DNA of 64,000 nucleotides, taken from positions 3,662,966 to 3,726,965 of the forward strand of contig CBDFNJ010000002.1 of NCBI GenBank assembly GCA_965250115.1, written 5' to 3'. Shown here piece after piece: positions 38,032 to 49,290 of the stretch; within the stretch, counting starts at the first letter, position 1; every line of letters begins with the position of its first letter. This DNA comes from Candidatus Marinacidobacterales bacterium (GTDB lineage Bacteria; Acidobacteriota; Vicinamibacteria; Marinacidobacterales; SMYC01). The position numbers were made by a program, and so were the translations under genes. A model generated the notes under the pieces. That model did not search any database and was not told where the DNA came from. It was given only the letters and a program-made list of their open reading frames with translations.

Positions 38032-38507
38032 TCAACCTGTCCACTTTTCCTGGGCAAGGTCACATGTGGGCAAGCTGTGCCGGACAAGGCGGTGGCCGAG
38101 ATGGAACGTCTGCGCCTCCTAGTTGAAGGGGTCAACAACAAAATCCGTGTGCTGCAACGACGCGCCTACGGCTATCGCGACGAGGAATATCTCAAGCTGA
38201 AGATCGTGGCGGCATTCCTTCCGCCATTACCCAGAAATGCCGTCTTCAACCCACACGAATCCGCGTAGACCCTCTTTTTCTTTCCGACCCAACCCGGAAG
38301 CGAAACCACCTGGGGGGCGAAGGTTTTGCTGCTTGGTCTCGTTTTCCTCATTGCGAGCGTGATGGCCGCGTGTCAGCCCGGGCAGGGACGGCTTCCGGAA
38401 CGCCGCCAAAGTTAAAGTGACCCCCGGCAAGGCCGGGGGCCTATTCATAAGAGCCCCTCGAAGGGGCTGTTCATGAGCCCCCTAAAGGGGTCGATCTTGC
38501 TCCCCAA

Positions 38508-38619
38508 CTACGAGCCCGACCAGTCCATATTCAGCTGGTCCAGACGTTGGTCCTCCTGCTCTTGGTCACGAATGTACTTGCGGACCATCTCTTCGTCCAA
38601 GCCTACGGTCGACACGAAG
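38508..38619 (-). pseudogene. IS200/IS605-family TnpA (Y1 transposase) C-terminal fragment
   Basis: Minus-strand YFVSTVGLDEEMVRKYIRDQEQEDQRLDQLNMDWSGS* aligns with the IS200 TnpA C-terminus (YYVDTVGKNTAKIQDYIKHQLEEDKMGEQLSIPYPGS). It is truncated at the IS3 #2 boundary. No N-terminal part is found on the far side. Confidence 0.65.
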
Positions 38620-38671
38620 TATGAACCGCCCCGGGTTTCCCGGAGACCCCAACTCTTGAGAGGATGGAGTC

Positions 38672-39906
<1,235 letters not shown>

Positions 39907-40693
39907 AACAGTCTCCGGAAAACCCGGGCGGTTCACTAGGCGTCGTTACTGGAGCCCACCTTGGGCTAATCCAGCTCGTCAATCTTGTCTCCGACGCATC
40001 GGGCCCTGTCCCGATTGTGGCAGGGTTTTCCGGGTTTTTTGCAGCTGTTTTTTCTATCCTAGGCGCACTCATGACCTGCCGCCACAGACAGCTAATGAAA
40101 GTTAAACTTGGTTGGATATATCAAGCGGAACACCATCTTGGCCTTGTAAGGACCACCAAAAATCCCAAGGGTGTGATTCCGGAAACCGCGGAGATGATGA
40201 CGCCAATGGAATGGCGTGGCCTAGCCCTACCCCGATTGCTATCTACGAGCGGGCTCATCCTGAGTTTCTACGTCGTGCTGCTTGCGGTCGACATGGTTGT
40301 TGTCTTCTCGTTCGTGATTCTATGAAGTCTGAGCACTGCAACCAATTCCACGCTCGTTGAATAGAGCCAAGTAAGGAAGAAACCCGAGCGATCAGATAGG
40401 CAGTCGCCAATGAGTCCCGACGACATCATCTTCAGCCATCCTCATGATCACTTCCGCTACCGTCACATTGCGGTAGTGCCGAGTACGTGCATTAGGATTC
40501 ACGCACGGCTCGAGTAGAACGCCGCCAATCACCTACCACTCGACCTTCATTTCGAACTGGACAATCTGATGGAGCTCTTCGCCGACAGTTCTCGCAAGCA
40601 TCAATCCCGCCAGGTCCTGATTCGCGGAGACCGGTGTTTGTGTGACCCTTGGACCACCTACTGGAGCGCCTATACCAACGCTTCGGCACCGAT

Positions 40694-42865
40694 CTACTTG
40701 AGGTGCCTCTCCAGGTATTCGAAGACCATCGTCCAGAGGTGGATGACCTCGTTTTGGCCTCGGATACCGTGAGTCTTGTTCGGGTAGAACATCAAGTCGA
40801 ACTGCATTCTGTTCTCGATCAGAGTCTTGATGAGCTGGAACGTATTCTGCGGATGTACGTTGTCGTCCAGGCTTCCGTGAATCAGAAGCAGGCGCCCGCT
40901 GTAGTCGGACGCAGCCTCGACGGGTGAGGTCCTCTCGTAGGCTTCGGGATCCTCGTCTGGCGTTCCCATGTAGCGCTCGGTATAGATCGAATCGTAGAGA
41001 TGCCAGTCCGTCACTGGAGCTCCCGCGATACCGATCTTGAAGAGCCTGGTGTGCGTCATGTGAAACGCCGCAGTGAACCCGCCCCCGCTCCAACCCCAGA
41101 TTCCCGTGCGATCGTTGTCGACGTAAGGCAGCGACGTCAGATACTCGACCGCTACCTCGTGATCCCGGGCGGCCATAGGACCGATGTCATGGTCCGCGAG
41201 AGCAGCATACTTGTGACCCCAGATCGCCGAGCTCCGATCGTCGATTTGGGCCACGACGTAGCCTTGCTGGACGAGGAATTGATGAAAGAGGAATCGACTT
41301 CCGCCCCAGCGGTCACGGATCGTGGGGAATCCGGGCATGCCGTAGGCGTTGACGACCAATGGATACTTCCTGTCAGGCTCCTGCTCTCGCGGCTTCATGA
41401 CAAGCAGGGAGACTTTGGCGCCATCGGGGGTGTCTAGAAGCAGCCTCTCGGGCGGCACGAGATCGTAGTCCCCGAGAGGCATCGCCTCATGAAAGCTCAC
41501 CTCGTCACCGCTCGCGATCTCCACTAGCCTCTCGCCACGCGGATCCATCATCGAGGATCGCCTATCGAGGTAGCGGTCGGCTGTGGGACTCATTTGGATG
41601 GCGTGCGTGCCCCGACCGTCCGTCAGCCGCTCGATGCCGGTACCGTCGAGCCTTACCTGAAACAGGTCGTCCCCGATGGGGTTGTCCCGATTGGCGGTGA
41701 AGTACACGACGTCTCGAGCCTCGTCCAGACCTTCGATCGACGAGACTTGCCACTCGCCCGTAGTCAGAGCACGTTCGAGCTCACCGTCCCCTCGATAGAG
41801 GTAGATGTGGCGGAAACCCGTTCGCTCCGATGTCCACAAAAAGGAGTCGCTCGCTGCGAGAAACAACAAATCGTCCGTAACGTTGACCCAATAGGGATCG
41901 GTCTCCATCAGAGCCGAACGCGAACGGCCGGTTCGAGCGTCCACATAGACGAGCTCGAGCTCGTCTTGTCCCCGATTCAAAAGCTGAACCGCCAACGTCT
42001 CCGCGTCGCGCCAGTCGATCCGGGGGATGTACTCGGCGGCTCGATCGATCCAGACGCTCCTCGCCGTCGCGACCTCCACGATTCCGACGCGGACTCTCGG
42101 GTTCGGGTCTCCCGGTTTCGGGTAGCGCTGGAAATCTACCGTCGCCTGGCGGGATATCTGCTCGACGATGGGATAGGTCGGGACCAGCGTCTCGTCCATC
42201 TCGAGGTAAGCGATCCGCTGGCTATCGGGCGACCAGCGATAGCCCCTACGCACCGAGAGCTCCTCCTGATAGATCCAGTCGAGGTCGCCGTGCAAAATCA
42301 GCTCGCTGCCGCCAAAGGTGACGCGACGCTCTTCACCACCGCCGATCGGCACGACCCACAAGTCGTGCTCGAAGACGAAGGCGACCGAACTCCCATCGGG
42401 CGAGAACTTCGGGTCGATTACAGCGTGCTTGCCGGGCGCCAGCGTCGTCGCCCGATTCGAGGCCAAGTTGTAGAGCACGACGCGGCCCGAGCTCGTAAGC
42501 AAAAGGGTGGAGCCATCCGGCGACCAGAGGTAGTCCGGCACGCCGAAGCGGGTGCGTCGCGTGCGCTCGCGCTCGTCGTCGGTCGCTTGGCCCGGGGACG
42601 GCGCAAACTCTCTCGAAACTTCGGTGTCCAGGAGCACCTGGCGCTCGCCCGTCGTTACGTTATGAAGCCAAAGCTCTCGCCCGCCCGCGGCGGACAGGAA
42701 GAAGCTCAGATTCCCATCCGGGGTCCAGCGAACCTGAGTTGGGGCCGGAGACGAGAGCTCTCCACCAAAGATGGTCTCGATGGTGAGCTTCTTCGTCGAC
42801 TGAGCGTCGGCCGCGGACAGACTGAAAAACAGGAGAACGAAAGCGGTGCGAATCGGCGATCGCAC
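40694..42865 (-). CDS. S9 family serine peptidase (DPP-IV/prolyl oligopeptidase-like, N-terminal beta-propeller)
   Basis: 723 aa, GTG start, signal peptide. Catalytic GWSGGG (nucleophile Ser), then ...HGSLDDNVHPQN... and ...NKTHGI (Asp, His). Confidence 0.9.
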   Translation of the reverse strand: MRSPIRTAFVLLFFSLSAADAQSTKKLTIETIFGGELSSPAPTQVRWTPDGNLSFFLSAAGGRELWLHNVTTGERQVLLDTEVSREFAPSPGQATDDERERTRRTRFGVPDYLWSPDGSTLLLTSSGRVVLYNLASNRATTLAPGKHAVIDPKFSPDGSSVAFVFEHDLWVVPIGGGEERRVTFGGSELILHGDLDWIYQEELSVRRGYRWSPDSQRIAYLEMDETLVPTYPIVEQISRQATVDFQRYPKPGDPNPRVRVGIVEVATARSVWIDRAAEYIPRIDWRDAETLAVQLLNRGQDELELVYVDARTGRSRSALMETDPYWVNVTDDLLFLAASDSFLWTSERTGFRHIYLYRGDGELERALTTGEWQVSSIEGLDEARDVVYFTANRDNPIGDDLFQVRLDGTGIERLTDGRGTHAIQMSPTADRYLDRRSSMMDPRGERLVEIASGDEVSFHEAMPLGDYDLVPPERLLLDTPDGAKVSLLVMKPREQEPDRKYPLVVNAYGMPGFPTIRDRWGGSRFLFHQFLVQQGYVVAQIDDRSSAIWGHKYAALADHDIGPMAARDHEVAVEYLTSLPYVDNDRTGIWGWSGGGFTAAFHMTHTRLFKIGIAGAPVTDWHLYDSIYTERYMGTPDEDPEAYERTSPVEAASDYSGRLLLIHGSLDDNVHPQNTFQLIKTLIENRMQFDLMFYPNKTHGIRGQNEVIHLWTMVFEYLERHLK

Positions 42866-42877
42866 GAGAGCCTGCCG

Positions 42878-43234
42878 TCAGAACATCCCGAGCTGAAGCC
42901 GGGCGGCTTCCGTCATCTTCTCGGGAGTCCAAACGGGCTCCCAGACGACGGTGACCTTGGCCGAGCTCACACCCTCGAGAGCCGCGATCTTGTTCTCCAC
43001 TTCGGGAGGGAGCGATCCCGCGACGGGACAAGCGGGGGAGGTTAGCGTCATGTCGATCTCGACCTCGCCGCCCTCTTTGATCTCGACTTTGTAAATGAGA
43101 CCGAGCTCATGAATGTCGACGGGAATCTCGGGGTCGTAGCACGTCTTCAGAGCCTCGACGACCCGCTCCTCGAGACTCGTGTCTTCCACGTTCTCTGGCA
43201 CTTTCTCTGGCACTTTCTCTTGCTGATCTTCCAT
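42878..43234 (-). CDS. sufT: DUF59 Fe-S assembly protein (SufT/MIP18-like)
   Basis: Start MEDQQEK (ATG 43234). LKTCYDPEIPVDIHELGLIY...LTSPACPVAGSL is DUF59. It is the last gene of the suf operon. The track ORF's N-terminal extension to 43498 overlaps sufU and is spurious. Confidence 0.7.
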   Translation of the reverse strand: MEDQQEKVPEKVPENVEDTSLEERVVEALKTCYDPEIPVDIHELGLIYKVEIKEGGEVEIDMTLTSPACPVAGSLPPEVENKIAALEGVSSAKVTVVWEPVWTPEKMTEAARLQLGMF

Positions 43235-43236
43235 AT

Positions 43237-43686
43237 TTACTCCGTTGATACCGCTTCCCCTTGCTCCGCAAGAGCCGCCCGCATCGTGTGCCAAGCGAGG
43301 GTGGCACACTTCACGCGCACCGGATAGTCTCGCACACCGGCGAAAACGGCGAGCTTGCCCAGACGTTCCGCATCCGCTGTGTCGTCCTTGCCGGTCGCAA
43401 GGTCGTGGAACGCGGTGAAGAGGGCCTCGACGTCCTTCTCGGATTTTCCCTTGAGGACTTCCGTCATCATCGAGGCGGAGGCCGTCGATATCGCGCACCC
43501 CGCACCCTGGAAGCCGACGTCCTGGATCACGCCGTTCTCATCGACGACGAGCTGGAGCGTAATGCGGTCGCCGCACAATGGATTATGTCCCTTGGCCACC
43601 CGGGAGGCATTGGGAAGCTCACGGAAATTCCTGGGCTTCTTGCTGTGATCCAGGATGACTTCCTGGTAGAGGTCTCTCAGATCCAT
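43237..43686 (-). CDS. sufU: SUF system Fe-S cluster scaffold, SufU/NifU family
   Basis: 149 aa. NPLCGD...GAGCAISTASASMMTE...VKCATLAW (three conserved Cys). Confidence 0.9.
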   Translation of the reverse strand: MDLRDLYQEVILDHSKKPRNFRELPNASRVAKGHNPLCGDRITLQLVVDENGVIQDVGFQGAGCAISTASASMMTEVLKGKSEKDVEALFTAFHDLATGKDDTADAERLGKLAVFAGVRDYPVRVKCATLAWHTMRAALAEQGEAVSTE

Positions 43687-43688
43687 CG

Positions 43689-44960
43689 TCAGCCGAAAAC
43701 CTCTTTAACCGTCTGAAGAGCCGCGACGAGGCGATCGATGTCGGCGCGGTTGTTGTAGAGCGCGAGAGATGCCCGGGCGGTCGCGGGAACTCCGTAGCGG
43801 TCCATGACCGGCTGGGCACAGTGGTGCCCGGTCCGGACGGCAACGCCCTCTTGATCGAGGATCGTCCCGATGTCGTGGGGATGAACGCCCTGAAGGACGA
43901 AAGAGAGAACGCTGGCCTTGTGACGCGCTTCACCGATGAGGCGAACCCCGGGTACCGCTCGCAGGGCTTGTGTTCCATAGTCCAAGAGCTCTTCCTCGTA
44001 AGCCGAGACGGCGTCGAGGCCGACCTCGGTCAGATAATCCATCGCCGCGCCGAAACCCACGGCGCCCGCGATATTGGGAGTCCCGGCCTCGAAGCGGAAC
44101 GGAAGACGATTATAGGTCGTCTTCTCGAAACTCACCGAGCTAATCATGTCGCCGCCGCCCTGATAGGGGGGCATCTTTTCGAGCAGTGCCTCTTTCCCGT
44201 AGAGAATACCGATTCCAGTGGGACCGAACATCTTGTGCGCGGAGATGGTATAGAAATCGCACCCCAGGGCCGCTACGTCGATGGCTAGGTGAGGCGCGGC
44301 CTGCGCGCCGTCCACGAGAACCGGCACGTCGCGCTCGTGACAGCGCTCGACGATATTGCGGATCGGATTGATCGTACCCAAGGCGTTCGAGACGTGTCCC
44401 ACAGCAACGATCTTGGTGCGAGGCCCGAGAAGTGACTTGAAGGCCTCCATCTCGAGCTCACCCCGGTCGTCGATGGGCACGACCTTGAGCACCGCCTTCT
44501 GCTGCTCGCAGAGCATCTGCCAGGGCACGATGTTCGAGTGATGCTCCATCGTCGTGATGAGCACCTCGTCGCCCTCAGTCACATTGGCGCGGCCGTAGGT
44601 CTGGGCCACGAGGTTGATGGCTTCGGTAGTGCCGCGCACGAAGACGATCTCGCGCTCCGAAGACGCGTTCACGAACCGCTGTGCCGTCAGTCGTGCTCCT
44701 TCGTAGGCCCTCGTCGCTCGTTGGGAGAGCTCGTGCACACCTCGATGGATATTGGCGTAGTCGTGAGCGTAGAGCTCGGAGACCGCATCAATGACTCGCT
44801 GCGGCTTCTGGGCGCTGGCGGCATTGTCCAGATATACGAGCGGGTTCCCCTTGACGTCCTGGTGAAGCCCTGGAAAGTCCTTTCGGATGCGTTCGACGTC
44901 GAAGGCGCGTTTGCTTCCGCTCTTCGAGGCAAGATGGGTGGAACTCGTCAAACTGCTCAT
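43689..44960 (-). CDS. sufS: cysteine desulfurase SufS
   Basis: Start MSSLTSS (ATG 44960 after GGAGACAG). PLP-dependent class V aminotransferase (ISAHKMFGPTGIG; RTGHHCAQP). Stop overlaps the sufU start. Confidence 0.9.
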   Translation of the reverse strand: MSSLTSSTHLASKSGSKRAFDVERIRKDFPGLHQDVKGNPLVYLDNAASAQKPQRVIDAVSELYAHDYANIHRGVHELSQRATRAYEGARLTAQRFVNASSEREIVFVRGTTEAINLVAQTYGRANVTEGDEVLITTMEHHSNIVPWQMLCEQQKAVLKVVPIDDRGELEMEAFKSLLGPRTKIVAVGHVSNALGTINPIRNIVERCHERDVPVLVDGAQAAPHLAIDVAALGCDFYTISAHKMFGPTGIGILYGKEALLEKMPPYQGGGDMISSVSFEKTTYNRLPFRFEAGTPNIAGAVGFGAAMDYLTEVGLDAVSAYEEELLDYGTQALRAVPGVRLIGEARHKASVLSFVLQGVHPHDIGTILDQEGVAVRTGHHCAQPVMDRYGVPATARASLALYNNRADIDRLVAALQTVKEVFG

Positions 44961-44995
44961 CGCTGTCTCCTCCAAAGACACTAGGTCCAAAGGTA

Positions 44996-46297
44996 CTAGG
45001 CCGCTTCGGCGAAGAGGATCTCGCCAAGCCTGTCGCGCACCGCGGCGATGCGAATCCGTTCGCTGATATCCGCCATGAAGGCCCGGGTCAGAATCTTCCG
45101 GGCCTGCTCGAGGTCGATGCCTCGCGACCGCAGGTAGAAAAGGGCTTCGCTGTCGAGTTGCCCAATCGTCGCACCGTGGGCGCATTTGACGTCGTCGGCA
45201 TTGATCTCGAGCTGCGGGTTGGTGTTCACGAGGGCGTCTCGAGACAACAACAAGTTCCTGTTCTGTTGCTCGGAGTCCGTCTTTTGCGCATCCTCGCGGA
45301 CGATGATACGCCCGTTGAAAACTCCGCTAGCCGCATCGTCCAGAATACCTTTGTAGAGCTCACGGCTCGTGCCGTGCGGCCGTTTGTGGTCGATGACCGT
45401 GTGATGGTCCACGTGCTGGGTTCCTCGAACGACGTAGAGGCCGTTCAGCGTGACGTCGGTGCCCTCACCGTCGAGCAGGGCCCAGATATCGTTACGTGCG
45501 AGCCGAGCGCCAAGCGACAGCGAGTAGTTCGAGAGAGTCGCGTTCCGTTTCTGAACGAAGCTCGAGGTCGCGATATGAAAGGCGGCCGAGCTCTCACGCT
45601 GCACTTTGTAGTGATCGACGACCGCGCTCTCCTCCGCCCGGATTTCCGTCACCGCGTTCGTGAGATAGACCTCACCCTCCAAGCCTCCGTAAGTCTCCAC
45701 GATACGAATCTGGCTCCCGGCTTCGGCGAGAACGACGTTGACCGGATGGCTCACGATCGTCCGTTCACCCGAAACGGTCAGGAAAACCAGGTGGAGCGGC
45801 TCCTCCACGACGACATTCTTGGGAACGTGGACGAAAGCTCCATCGACTATGAAGGCCCGGTTGAGCTCGTAGAACGGCGTCTCGTCGCCGCCTTCCCTCT
45901 CGCCCAGAACGCTCTCGAGCACGTCTCCTCGATCCACGAGAGCTCTCGCGAGCGGTTCCACGACAACGCCCTCCGGCAATTCGCCCAGGGAGGACAACTT
46001 CTCTTCGAAACGCCCGTTCACGAAGACGAGCTCGTGGCGTTTCCACTCGCCGAATCGAAGCTCTTCCAAGAGTGCCGTGGCTGGCCCACCATCGACGGGC
46101 TTCGCCGGATCGAAGGCCGTCGCGCTCAACGAAGCGACATTGGTGAAGCGCCATTCCTCTTGGTCCGTACGGGGGAAGCCCTTCTCGAGGAAACGGTCGA
46201 GCGCCGCACGCCGTGCTTGAGCAAGCCAAGGCGGCTCTCCAGAAGCCTTGCCGAACAGCTCGCGAAACTGGGACTCGTACCTTTCGATGGATTTCAT
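44996..46297 (-). CDS. sufD: Fe-S cluster assembly protein SufD
   Basis: 433 aa. Beta-helix SufBD family C-terminus (QQNRNLLLSRDALVNTNPQLEINADDVKCAHGATIGQLD). Confidence 0.9.
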   Translation of the reverse strand: MKSIERYESQFRELFGKASGEPPWLAQARRAALDRFLEKGFPRTDQEEWRFTNVASLSATAFDPAKPVDGGPATALLEELRFGEWKRHELVFVNGRFEEKLSSLGELPEGVVVEPLARALVDRGDVLESVLGEREGGDETPFYELNRAFIVDGAFVHVPKNVVVEEPLHLVFLTVSGERTIVSHPVNVVLAEAGSQIRIVETYGGLEGEVYLTNAVTEIRAEESAVVDHYKVQRESSAAFHIATSSFVQKRNATLSNYSLSLGARLARNDIWALLDGEGTDVTLNGLYVVRGTQHVDHHTVIDHKRPHGTSRELYKGILDDAASGVFNGRIIVREDAQKTDSEQQNRNLLLSRDALVNTNPQLEINADDVKCAHGATIGQLDSEALFYLRSRGIDLEQARKILTRAFMADISERIRIAAVRDRLGEILFAEAA

Positions 46298-46310
46298 GAC
46301 GCGACGCCGG

Positions 46311-47069
46311 TCAACTCGCTCTCGACTCGAGCCAGCCGTAACCCTCTTTCTCGAGCTTCAGGGCGAGCTCCTTGCCGCCCGATTCCACGATGCGACCGTC
46401 GAAAAGCACGTGCACGAAATCGGGAACGACGTAGTTCAGGAGCCGCTGATAGTGGGTGATGACCAGTATCGATCGCTCGGGGCTTCGCAACGAATTGACA
46501 CCGTCCGCGACGGTCTTCAAGGCATCGATATCGAGCCCCGAGTCGGTCTCGTCGAGAATCGCGAACTGAGGCTCGAGAACGGCCATCTGAAAAATCTCGT
46601 TGCGCTTCTTCTCCCCGCCAGAGAAACCTTCGTTGACGGGGCGGCTGATCAAGTCTTCGTTCATCTCGACGAGCTTGATCTTCTCTCGCACGAGCGCGAG
46701 GAAGTCCATGGCGTCGAGCTCTTCCTCACCCCGGTGTTTGCGAATCGAGTTGAGCGCGGCCTTGAGGAAATAAGTATTGTTGACGCCCGGGATCTCGACG
46801 GGGTACTGGAACGCCAGGAAAACACCCTCGCAGGCGCGATCCTCCGCGGACATCGCCAAGAGATCTTTGCCACGATAAATGACTTCGCCCTGGGTGACCT
46901 CGTAGGTGTCGCGTCCCGCCAGCACCTGGGCGAGGGTACTCTTGCCTGAGCCGTTCGGCCCCATGAGGGCGTGGACCTCACCGGGCTGGATCGTCAGGTC
47001 GATTCCGTCGAGGATTTCGTTCCCCTCCACCCTCGCGTGTAGGTTCTTGATCTCGATCGTGGCTGTCAT
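46311..47069 (-). CDS. sufC: Fe-S cluster assembly ATPase SufC
   Basis: Start MTATIEIKNL (ATG 47069). GPNGSGKSTL, LSGGEKKRNEI, ILDETDSGLD. Confidence 0.9.
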   Translation of the reverse strand: MTATIEIKNLHARVEGNEILDGIDLTIQPGEVHALMGPNGSGKSTLAQVLAGRDTYEVTQGEVIYRGKDLLAMSAEDRACEGVFLAFQYPVEIPGVNNTYFLKAALNSIRKHRGEEELDAMDFLALVREKIKLVEMNEDLISRPVNEGFSGGEKKRNEIFQMAVLEPQFAILDETDSGLDIDALKTVADGVNSLRSPERSILVITHYQRLLNYVVPDFVHVLFDGRIVESGGKELALKLEKEGYGWLESRAS

Positions 47070-47092
47070 CGTATGTTCTCTCTCGTCTCCCG

Positions 47093-48541
47093 TTACCCGA
47101 CGCTGCCCTCGAGGCTGATGCCTAGAAGCTTCTGCGCCTCGACCGCGAACTCCATGGGGAGCTCTCGAAGCACTTCTTTGGCAAAGCCATTGACGATCAT
47201 CGAAACCGCGTCTTCGGTCGAGACGCCGCGCTGATTGCAATAGAAGAGCTGGTCTTCACCGATCTTCGATGTCGTCGCTTCGTGCTCCATCTGGGCGGTG
47301 GGGTTCTTCACTTCGATATAAGGAAAGGTATGCGCTCCGCATCGATCACCGATCAGAAGCGAATCGCATTGGGAATAGTTGCGCGCGTTTGCGGCGCTCT
47401 TCTGGATCTTCACTTGACCTCGATAGGTATTCTGACCGCGTCCGGCAGAGATTCCCTTGGAGATGATCGTGCTCCGGGTGTTCTTGCCGATGTGAATCAT
47501 CTTGGTGCCGGTATCGGCCTGCTGGTAGTTGTTCGTCAGGGCCACCGAATAGAACGCGCCGACGGAGTCGTCTCCGAGCAGCACACAACTGGGGTACTTC
47601 CACGTGATCGCGGAGCCCGTCTCGACCTGGGTCCAGGAGATCTTGGAGGCGACGCCGGCGCACTTGCCACGCTTCGTGACGAAGTTATAGATCCCGCCTT
47701 TACCCTCCTTGTCGCCGGGATACCAGTTCTGGACAGTCGAGTATTTGATCTCGGCCCGATCGAGAGCGACGAGCTCGACGACGGCGGCGTGGAGCTGATT
47801 CTCGTCGCGCATCGGCGCCGTACAGCCTTCCAGGTAGCTGACGTAGCTGCCTTCCTCGGCCACGATGAGCGTGCGCTCGAACTGCCCGGTCTCCGATGCG
47901 TTGATCCGAAAATAGGTCGAGAGCTCCATCGGACATCGAACGCCCTTGGGCACGTAGACGAAGGACCCATCACTGAAGACGGCGGAGTTCAACGTGGCGA
48001 AGAAATTGTCGGTATAGGGGACGACGGTTCCCAGGTACTTCCGTACGAGATCGGGATGCTCTCGGACCGCCTCCGAAAAGCTGCAAAAGATAATGCCGAG
48101 CTCGGACAGCTTACCCTTGAACGTCGTCGCGACCGAGACGCTGTCGAAAACGGCGTCGACCGCGACGCCCGCGAGACGCCCCTGTTCCTCGAGCGAAATG
48201 CCGAGCTTCTCGTAGGTGCGACGCAGCTCGGGGTCGACCTCTTCGAGGCTCTTCGGCTTGTCTTTCTGCTGCTTCGGAGCAGAGTAGTAGCGAAGGTCCT
48301 GATAGTCGATTGGCGGATAGTGCACGTTGGGCCAATCGGGCTCCGTCATAGTGAGCCAGTGCCGATAGGCCTTCAGACGCCACTCGAGAAGCCAGGTCGG
48401 CTCCTCCTTCTTCGCGGAGATCGTCCGAACGACACCCTCGTTCAGCCCTTTGGGGATCGTGTCCGATTCGATCTCGGTGACGAAGCCGTACTTGTAGTCC
48501 TTGTCGACCAGCTCGTGAATTTTCTCGGTCGAGGTGCTCAT
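47093..48541 (-). CDS. sufB: Fe-S cluster assembly protein SufB
   Basis: 482 aa. Highly conserved SufB sequence (…[24 protein letters not shown]…NTYRGQVKI…CDSLLIGD…). Confidence 0.9.
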   Translation of the reverse strand: MSTSTEKIHELVDKDYKYGFVTEIESDTIPKGLNEGVVRTISAKKEEPTWLLEWRLKAYRHWLTMTEPDWPNVHYPPIDYQDLRYYSAPKQQKDKPKSLEEVDPELRRTYEKLGISLEEQGRLAGVAVDAVFDSVSVATTFKGKLSELGIIFCSFSEAVREHPDLVRKYLGTVVPYTDNFFATLNSAVFSDGSFVYVPKGVRCPMELSTYFRINASETGQFERTLIVAEEGSYVSYLEGCTAPMRDENQLHAAVVELVALDRAEIKYSTVQNWYPGDKEGKGGIYNFVTKRGKCAGVASKISWTQVETGSAITWKYPSCVLLGDDSVGAFYSVALTNNYQQADTGTKMIHIGKNTRSTIISKGISAGRGQNTYRGQVKIQKSAANARNYSQCDSLLIGDRCGAHTFPYIEVKNPTAQMEHEATTSKIGEDQLFYCNQRGVSTEDAVSMIVNGFAKEVLRELPMEFAVEAQKLLGISLEGSVG

Positions 48542-48583
48542 GGCCAGTGATGTCTCCTATGGGTGCCTAGGGCTTATGGCTGC

Positions 48584-49057
48584 CTACCGGCTGCCTAGAG
48601 GCTGAATGACCGGCAATTGGGTCGAGCCTAGATTTTCTGTCAAGCTCGCGAAATCCTCTTCGCACATCTTCGCGATTGTGACGCCGGCCAGCATCCGGAT
48701 GACTTGATCGTTCAGACGGTGCAGTGGGCTCTTGATGTTGCAGGTATCGAATTGATCGCAGTTCCCCAGCTCGGTAACGCACTGCGTGAGTGAAAGGGGG
48801 CCGTCGACCGCCTCGATGACCCGAACGACGTCGATAGCCGTCGCCGGGTGGGCGAGGCTATAGCCCCCCTTGGTTCCCTGTTGGGAGGCGACGATCCCTT
48901 CGCGCGCGAGCTTCTGGAGAATCTTCGCAAGCAAGTCCTGAGGCATGCCGTAGCCCGCGGCAATCTCCCGCGCACTCCACGACGTGCGGTCCCCCTGCTG
49001 GGCGAGGTGCATCAGTGCGATGAGCGCGTAGTCCACTTTCTTCGATAACTGCAGCAT
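48584..49057 (-). CDS. Rrf2-family transcriptional regulator (IscR/SufR-like), first gene of suf operon
   Basis: MLQLSKKVDYALIALMHLA...AREIAAGYGMPQDLLAKILQKLAREGIVASQQGTKGGYSLA. Cys residues in the C-terminal half (TQCVTELGNCDQFDTCNI) could ligate a cluster. Confidence 0.85.
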   Translation of the reverse strand: MLQLSKKVDYALIALMHLAQQGDRTSWSAREIAAGYGMPQDLLAKILQKLAREGIVASQQGTKGGYSLAHPATAIDVVRVIEAVDGPLSLTQCVTELGNCDQFDTCNIKSPLHRLNDQVIRMLAGVTIAKMCEEDFASLTENLGSTQLPVIQPLGSR

Positions 49058-49105
49058 TGACTGTTTTCCAGCGCGACGGCGCGCTCTTATAACTACGACT
49101 AATCT

Positions 49106-49125
49106 GGTCGGATATATAATAGTCG
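49106..49125. promoter_or_regulatory. candidate Rrf2 operator, site 1 (GGTCGGATATATAATAGTCG)
   Basis: AT-rich near-repeat shared with site 2, located 50-150 bp upstream of the rrf2-suf operon start. Confidence 0.45.
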
Positions 49126-49192
49126 CGGCCCGGCCGAGGTGTCAACCGCTAAATCACCACGTACTAAATACATAGCAATATAGGACCTTCTG

Positions 49193-49211
49193 GGTCCGAT
49201 ATATATTAGCG
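49193..49211. promoter_or_regulatory. candidate Rrf2 operator, site 2 (GGTCCGATATATATTAGCG)
   Basis: Second copy of the same motif in the rrf2/PPIase divergent intergenic region. Confidence 0.45.
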
Positions 49212-49290
49212 AGAGGAGAAGAGAGGATCAAGACGAATAAACCGCTCGGCAGAAGGCATCGAGGTTGTGCTAGGCTTCGGGCCATACGCC

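Larger units (their letters stand above)
36823..38062 (+). mobile_element. IS3-family insertion sequence #1 (1240 bp) with frameshifted orfB
   Basis: IRs TGACCCTGCCCGGGTTTTGTGGACA / TGACCTTGCCCAGGAAAAGTGGACA (rc). CATG is duplicated at both junctions. orfA 36841..37179 (HTH; LRNWVKQY; leucine zipper). orfB integrase core is split between 37176..37814 and 37642..38031 (DDE/rve motifs ...HSDRGTQY... and ...[14 protein letters not shown]...). Confidence 0.85.
36368..38282 (+). mobile_element. ISL3 remnant, copy B, internally deleted (about 730 bp missing) and split by an IS3-family insertion
   Basis: The left end matches copy C up to 36822. After the IS3 element (36823..38062) it resumes at gggcaagctgtgccgg, then jumps to ...ctagttgaaggggtcaacaac..., ending in the IR at 38282. 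It shares the A7 run (36606..36612) and the CAG-to-TAG change seen in copy C. Confidence 0.8.

Noticed and set aside
39936-40693. AT-richer gap after IS3 #2 containing small ORFs (for example 40410..40517, and the 39783..40325 track ORF)
   Set aside because: The track ORF begins inside the IS. The others are under 40 codons without an RBS. I searched the minus strand for the missing IS200 TnpA N-terminal half and did not find it.
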